Origin: Naegleria gruberi
Taxonomy: Eukaryota
Reading direction: 5' to 3' (one strand)
DNA length: 64,000 nt
Assembly (NCBI GenBank): GCA_000004985.1
Contig: GG738900.1
The notes under the pieces are model-generated. The model did no database searches and was not told the origin of the DNA. It saw only the letters and a list, made by a program, of their open reading frames with translations. This document shows positions 58,694 to 64,000 of this stretch, piece by piece (position 1 is the stretch's first letter; each line of letters starts with the position of its first letter). Made by a program: the position numbers and the translations under genes.

Positions 58694-60445
58694 TTATTGA
58701 TTTGCAGCAAACAGTGATTTGAGAATTTGAAGAACTTGTGAAATAGTTGGTCTCTCCAGAGGATCTTGTTTCCAACACCAAGAAATTAGATTGACTATTT
58801 CATTTTGCTCTTTAACAAGTATCATATTTGGAGAAAGTTCTGGTCTTTCACCTTTTGAAACTCTGTCCAATATTACTTGTGGATTGTTGCCCTTCCAAGG
58901 ATTGATATGTGTAAATATTTCATACAAAACAATACCAAATGCAAATATATCCACTGCTGAGCTAAGTGGATATTTCCCCTTAGCAAGTAGAATTTGCTCA
59001 GGTGATTTGTATTGTACCATTACAGCATGCTCTGCTGCACTAACGTTAGGGTTATAATATTTGATCAGTGAGTGTGGAATTATCAGCATACCACACTCTC
59101 CACATGTTGGAGCAGAAGCAGTAGTGTTGCAAACATAACATGTGCTAGAATCAACCAAGAATTTACAATCATAGTCATCCGAAAGCATAATGTTAGCTGA
59201 GCTAACATTAACACAAATCATCTTCTTGTCGACATGTAAGAAATGCAATGCATTAGCTGCACTAATGGCAACCCTATAAATATTATTCCTTTGCTTTAGA
59301 TTCTCTTTGGTATGGTTAATAGTTTCTGAACTCTTCTTTTTCGGTGGTGGTTTAAAAAGTACATCATAAAGAAATCCATTTTTACAATGCTCCATCAAGA
59401 TTTTAAATTGAAATTTTTCCTGTCGCAAACCATATCCAATATGGTCCACAATTGATGGATGTTTTAGTGTACATAAGAGAAGAGCCTCTCTCTTCCATGA
59501 TTCTAATTGTTCTGGTTTTGAGAAAATAACTGTTCTCACTGCATACTGTTGATTATTAAACAGGCATTGTCTCATTACATAATTATGTCTTCTATCAATG
59601 ACTTTATCTTCTGTCACAACTAAATCATAATCTGGTAAAAAATACATTCTTTCTAACATTGATAAGGCTTCTCTATTGTCTCCAACAATCATAGAAAGAG
59701 CATCAGTTTTTTGTGACTCAAATGTCTTCTTTTCTGCATCAAACACGATTTTCCTCAAACGTTTTACAAGCTCTGGAAATGAAAAAATGTTATCAGAGAG
59801 AACTTTCTGTAATTCCAATTTGATAAAGTTTTGATGTAAATTATCTTCAAACATTTTTGCACCGGCAGCACTTTGGACTGATTGATTTGTCACATTATTT
59901 TCAGATATTCCTCTTCCATACGAAGAAAGTAATTGAACAATAAATCCTTTAGTTGGGTATTCAAGTGGTACTGTCAATCCAAATTTGTAGTGGGTATAGT
60001 TTGGAGAATTTTCAGAAGGAAGATGGATTGATTGTTCACAAGGAGTGTCATCGTCATCATTTTCTGAAGATAGTTTTGAAAATCTGCCATCTTTCATTGC
60101 ACTAACTTGAAGTTTTTGCACTGGTGTGATGATTTGAGTGGAGAGACGAATTTCAATGTAGAGGAAGTTATTAATGTCTGGTAAATTAATGTCTGCAGAA
60201 ATGTAGAGAAAGTAGTTCGTTGTTCCGGTTGATAAGGAAGAAATAGAACAATCGTCACCTTTTCCATTAATTTCCTCCTCAGCAACGTAATGTTTTTCAA
60301 TGGGTAAAGATAATTCTTTTTGTATTAAATCCTGAATTTGAATTTTGGAGAGAAGTGTTGGTTTTGGTGATGATGATTGTGGGCTATCAGCTGCAGCTGC
60401 CACAGCAGCAACTTGTTGCTTTTCTATTTGCTTCTTTCTGAACAT
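58694..60445 (-). CDS. Protein kinase-like domain protein (probable pseudokinase, TKL-like)
   Basis: The C-terminal 300 aa have a kinase fold (LHFLHVDKKMICVNVSSANIML, KSPEQIL, DIFAFGIVLYEIFT, WKQDPLERPT). The VAIK lysine (AVR), HRD and DFG motifs are non-canonical. Confidence 0.6.
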   Translation of the reverse strand: MFRKKQIEKQQVAAVAAAADSPQSSSPKPTLLSKIQIQDLIQKELSLPIEKHYVAEEEINGKGDDCSISSLSTGTTNYFLYISADINLPDINNFLYIEIRLSTQIITPVQKLQVSAMKDGRFSKLSSENDDDDTPCEQSIHLPSENSPNYTHYKFGLTVPLEYPTKGFIVQLLSSYGRGISENNVTNQSVQSAAGAKMFEDNLHQNFIKLELQKVLSDNIFSFPELVKRLRKIVFDAEKKTFESQKTDALSMIVGDNREALSMLERMYFLPDYDLVVTEDKVIDRRHNYVMRQCLFNNQQYAVRTVIFSKPEQLESWKREALLLCTLKHPSIVDHIGYGLRQEKFQFKILMEHCKNGFLYDVLFKPPPKKKSSETINHTKENLKQRNNIYRVAISAANALHFLHVDKKMICVNVSSANIMLSDDYDCKFLVDSSTCYVCNTTASAPTCGECGMLIIPHSLIKYYNPNVSAAEHAVMVQYKSPEQILLAKGKYPLSSAVDIFAFGIVLYEIFTHINPWKGNNPQVILDRVSKGERPELSPNMILVKEQNEIVNLISWCWKQDPLERPTISQVLQILKSLFAANQ

Positions 60446-60728
60446 TTTAAACCGATCCGAAGTGCCACTGTTATTTGAAGTCTATTTCAAGTTGTCTTTT
60501 TCGAGTCAAATTGGTCGACAGCAGTAAAGAATAACGTGTCGATCTATTTTTTCTAGCCTGCTAATGAGTACAAACGTACGACAGGTTGGTCAAAAGAAGA
60601 ACGCATTTCGATAAAGAACTAGGAAATTCCAAAGAACAGAGGGCTGATAATATCGTGTATGAATCTATTGTTGTTATAATATTCTAGAAATTTCATATTT
60701 ACAATTGTTTTTTAAATTTAATTTTTTA

Positions 60729-61304
60729 TTAGATCATTGACTTGGTGAAGAGTGATACAAATTGTTCAAAATTCAATGCTCCCTTATTTGCTGTATCAAC
60801 AATTGAGAATAAATAATCAATCTCTGCATCGCTCATCGAAACATTACCTGGTGCAGACTCGGAAATATTTCCCAATCCTTGAAGTTTATAAATCATTGAT
60901 CTAAATTCTTGTTTTGTAATTTCTCCATCTTTGTTTTCATCAAACAAATTAAAGGCTTCCTTCAAGTCATTCTCGGTATGCATTCCGGCAACCTTTTTAG
61001 ACTTTTTACTTGTAAGGAATGATAAAAGTTTGTTGCCCTTACTCTCATCTTCACTTTCTCCAATTAATTCTACAAATTGATCAAAGGTTATTCCGTTTTT
61101 ATCAGAGGATGAATTAAGGTCATTGATGAGATCAGATATTTCCTTTCCGTTTGTTTCTGTTGTTCTTCCCAACTTGGTAAAAACTAACATTAAATCGTGC
61201 TCATCCAATAAACCATCCATATCACTGTCGAACATATCAAAGATATTTCGATATGTTTCTCTATGATAGTTTTCTTTCTTGAGCATGGAAGGATTGATAG
61301 GCAT
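60729..61304 (-). CDS. EF-hand calcium-binding protein (four EF hands)
   Basis: Four loops: DSDMDGLLDEHDL, SSSDKNGITFDQF, DENKDGEITKQEF and DTANKGALNFEQF. Confidence 0.68.
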   Translation of the reverse strand: MPINPSMLKKENYHRETYRNIFDMFDSDMDGLLDEHDLMLVFTKLGRTTETNGKEISDLINDLNSSSDKNGITFDQFVELIGESEDESKGNKLLSFLTSKKSKKVAGMHTENDLKEAFNLFDENKDGEITKQEFRSMIYKLQGLGNISESAPGNVSMSDAEIDYLFSIVDTANKGALNFEQFVSLFTKSMI

Positions 61305-61681
61305 TTTGATAATTTACAAACTCTTGTAGACGTACAGGGAAAGAGTGGTAGGTTTGTTTTTTCTTTGAAAGTGTCCCCAAAAAACTTGCCCAAGAGACAG
61401 TGTTGTGTTGGCTGTTCTCTATCATCAATCGTTGAATCGTAATAATATAATCTCCCTGAGTTAAGAGGCAACTTGTGTGTCTCTCTCGTATTTAGCACAA
61501 AACGAGTCGTATCCTTCTCTTAAAAGATAATTCAAGCTTCTTAATTGAGGTCCATCGATGCAAACAAGGAACAGTACCCCGAAGAACTGACTTACAAAAT
61601 TCTCTTGCTGGTGGTGTGTGAGGTTTTGTATAAAGCAAATACCAAAGAGAGAATTTGCTACTGTGGATCAATAATGATGAA

Positions 61682-63154
61682 TCAAAGATCATCGTCATCA
61701 TCATCATCTTCATCATCTGTTATGAGAGTTTTATCATAGCCAAACATTCGTTTAAGCTCTTCATAAAGAACAAAATGAATGGCATGACCTGGAAACACCC
61801 TTAGGGCATTCAATCGCCATCCTCTGAATAGGGCAGCTGATGAGGTTTATATTAATGTTGGTAATTTTAAAAAACTTACCCATTCCTTCCTCTTGAATGA
61901 TTCTCTTGAAAGCATGCATAGTATTCTTGTACATTGGTTGTCCTTTCTGAGTAAAGAGTGGTTCTAAGGCACTTGTTGACGCACTTCCTTCCGTCTTGAT
62001 AGAGGTACTGCCATATCTTGTTATTCCACTTGAAAATTCGTCAGCCTCCAATTTGATAAGATTGGGTTTTGGTAAACTTCTGTCATGAATATCAGAATGA
62101 GATATAACAGCAGAGTCAATAACTGAAGGCATTGTACCCATCAATTGTCTTCGTCTCCTTACTGTGTCAGCAGGATAAGACAATGTCTTCCCTAGAAAAG
62201 AGCTAATAGTTCCGTAACTGAGCTTGAGACTGTGGTCCAATAAACTTCCTTTTTCAATTTGCCCTCCATTGAGCTCCTCAATCCTACTGTGGGTGTTTTT
62301 TTTCAATAACTCATAAGTCGTTATTGAGCACGTCACATAGGGGACAATACCTGTAAAAGTCAATCCTCCAATTTTAAAATAAAAACATACCAACCATTGA
62401 GGCTCCCATTCCTTTCCATAAAGCAAACATCCCTTCATGTTTCAACAATTCTCTCACGCACCGATAGGCACTTCCAAAGTACGGAAAGTAGGATGATTTT
62501 ACGTGGTACTTGCTGTAATACTTGATAACAGTCAATCTGGTACGAACAAGATCGAGTGGATAGGCAAATACTGTCAAATTGATACCACTCATTAAGGCTG
62601 ATGTGAACACTATTAAAAAATCCTTTTCATATTCTGGAAGCTTTGACAAAACTTGTGAGCTTGTGAAAATGTGAGTACTGAGATGTCTGTAAATGTCAAA
62701 AAACGCAAACTTCATAAAACTTGATAGAGGTCTGATTAAGAATGACTAAGCAATCCAAAACAAACCTTGTTGGTATTACTCTAGTTATATTCAATCCATT
62801 TCCTCTGAAAAGACTTGTCCAACCCTCATTTTCTGCCACATGTTTCATATATCCAACAATTCCCTTGGTCCTCACCAATTTTGCAACATCCATAGAAACT
62901 GTCGAGCTACCAATGAGTGCATAGGTAATGATTTCCGATGCAGCAGCTTGATTTCTGATTTGCCTCCTCAAATGTCTACATGTTTGTAGTTCAATTTTTA
63001 ATCTTTCTATCGGGGCATAGAGTGTTTTTGTGATAGAAGAAGCAATGCCTCCAAACATTACAATCCTCAATTTTTCCAAATGTTTATCATCCAACATATT
63101 CAAAGCTCCATAGAGACCATCCAAAGATTTCTCCTTGTTGTTCTTATTTTCCAA
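61682..63154 (-). CDS. Mitochondrial carrier family (SLC25) protein, three repeats over at least 4 exons, acidic poly-Asp C-terminus
   Basis: The three signature motifs are PIERLKIELQ, PLDLVRTRLTV and YPADTVRRRRQ. The final exon (about 61682-61820) is reached by a 43-nt GTAAGT intron after ..IIQEEGM and encodes AALFRGWRLNALRVFPGHAIHFVLYEELK..DDEDDDDDDDL*. Internal splice positions are not fully resolved. Confidence 0.78.
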
Positions 63155-63563
63155 AAAACGTTGACCATCTCTTACTTTAAACTATTTAACATGTTAATTT
63201 TCACAAATTGTTGATTAAACTCCTTACCCACTCTTTAAAAACCATTAAAATAAATTTTTGATTCGGAACTATTAAACAAGCAGAAGGTAAGTGATGTTGT
63301 CAAAATATTTTTTTAATTATTTGAACAACATCCATTTCTCCTAAATTGTTTTCTGGTAAGCCTCTTATTGCAACCGTGAGTAGTATTCTAAAGTTTCTAA
63401 TTTCTGGAAAACAATTGGAATTGAGTGCATCATTTAATTACTTCAGGGTACTTGGGAAACATTCATGATTACAATGTTTGATGACTTACTTAGCTCTTTT
63501 TGTTGTGAAATTTGATGTTGATAAGTAACAATAAAATCATTCGTTATTTAGCTTTAATAAAAA

Positions 63564-64000
63564 ATGTTTAATTCTACTGGTGATGACTCGACAGTGAATA
63601 TAATCGACGATGATAGAATAGACAAACATCCGGACACTATAAAGACAGGTATTCTTGTAAAGGTTTGTATTTTAGTTTAGTCTTTAATTCAACAATTATA
63701 ATTAAAAAAGAGAGGACAAAAGTATAAGACTTTCAAAAAACGTTACTTTGTATTGGTATCAGGTATGTACTAAGAAAAAAACAGCAGGAACCTAACTAAA
63801 CAATAACAATTCGAAAGATGGTTATTTATTCTACTTTAAAGATAAAAATGATTTGGACCATCCCCTAGGAATTATCTACTTGAAATCGAATGCTTTTCTC
63901 AACAAGTCTGCAGAAATATCGGAAAGTGTCGGATATGGATTCACATTGAGATCTGGAGCTAAACGTTTCTTACTTGCTGCAGATTCTCCCGAAGAGAAAA
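63564..64000 (+). CDS. PH-domain protein, 3'-partial; exons 63564-63662, 63711-63762, 63818->64000
   Basis: MFNSTGDD..TGILVK | RGQKYKTFKKRYFVLVS | GDGYLFYFKDKNDLDHPLGIIYLKSN..YGFTLRSGAKRFLLAADSPEEK is a textbook PH domain. It is assembled over two introns of 48 and 55 nt and continues beyond the window. Confidence 0.65.

Noticed and set aside
1-64000. Prokaryotic-style interpretation (operons, defence islands, CRISPR arrays)
   Set aside because: Spliceosomal introns with GT..AG boundaries interrupt conserved motifs in many genes. There is an intron-containing tRNA, eukaryote-only protein families and no spaced direct-repeat arrays. The window is nuclear eukaryotic DNA.

Overview
This 64-kb window is compact, AT-rich eukaryotic nuclear DNA, not prokaryotic. 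It holds about 38 protein-coding genes on both strands, roughly one per 1.7 kb. Intergenic spacers are mostly 50-700 bp.

Genes are interrupted by many very short spliceosomal introns. Most are 41-57 nt with GTAAGT, GTATGT, GTTTGT or GTTAGT donors and YAG acceptors. A few are longer, at 115-120 nt. Many ORFs in the six-frame track that begin at TTG are internal exons. I joined them by hand into multi-exon models, so splice coordinates are approximate (about +/-3 nt).

One intron-containing tRNA gene lies on the minus strand at 16147-16235. One 50-N assembly gap (10498-10547) shows this is a draft assembly. No rRNA, CRISPR or clear transposon was seen.

Recognisable products:
- Nucleic-acid enzymes: purple acid phosphatase (5'-partial), PARG, RNase H1, CPSF73.
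- Peroxisomal and mitochondrial: a NUDT19-like Nudix hydrolase ending in SKL, an NDUFB11-like complex I subunit, 3-hydroxyisobutyryl-CoA hydrolase, a mitochondrial carrier.
- Transcription and signalling: an RWP-RK protein, a Zn2Cys6 zinc-cluster protein, a myristoylated STAT/Cbl-type SH2 protein, a CaMKK-like kinase, a probable pseudokinase, LMW-PTP.
- Trafficking and cytoskeleton: a Vps39/Vps3-family protein, Rer1, a kinesin-1 heavy chain, a kelch plus coiled-coil protein, a Nna1-type cytosolic carboxypeptidase.
- Others: a Thg1-like tRNA-His guanylyltransferase, MCRS1, an ELO fatty-acid elongase, cytochrome b5, an EF-hand protein, two PH-domain proteins (one of about 1850 aa).
- Several low-complexity hypothetical proteins with Asn, Gln and Thr runs.

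The domain mix is RWP-RK, Zn2Cys6, SH2 and many PH domains. Together with the AT-rich trinucleotide-repeat coding style, this points to an amoebozoan or slime-mould-like protist, but placement is not secure. The cilia-associated carboxypeptidase argues for a ciliated lineage.

I found no single obvious novel system of the prokaryotic defence-island kind. The most interesting items are structural and regulatory oddities, listed in the findings.
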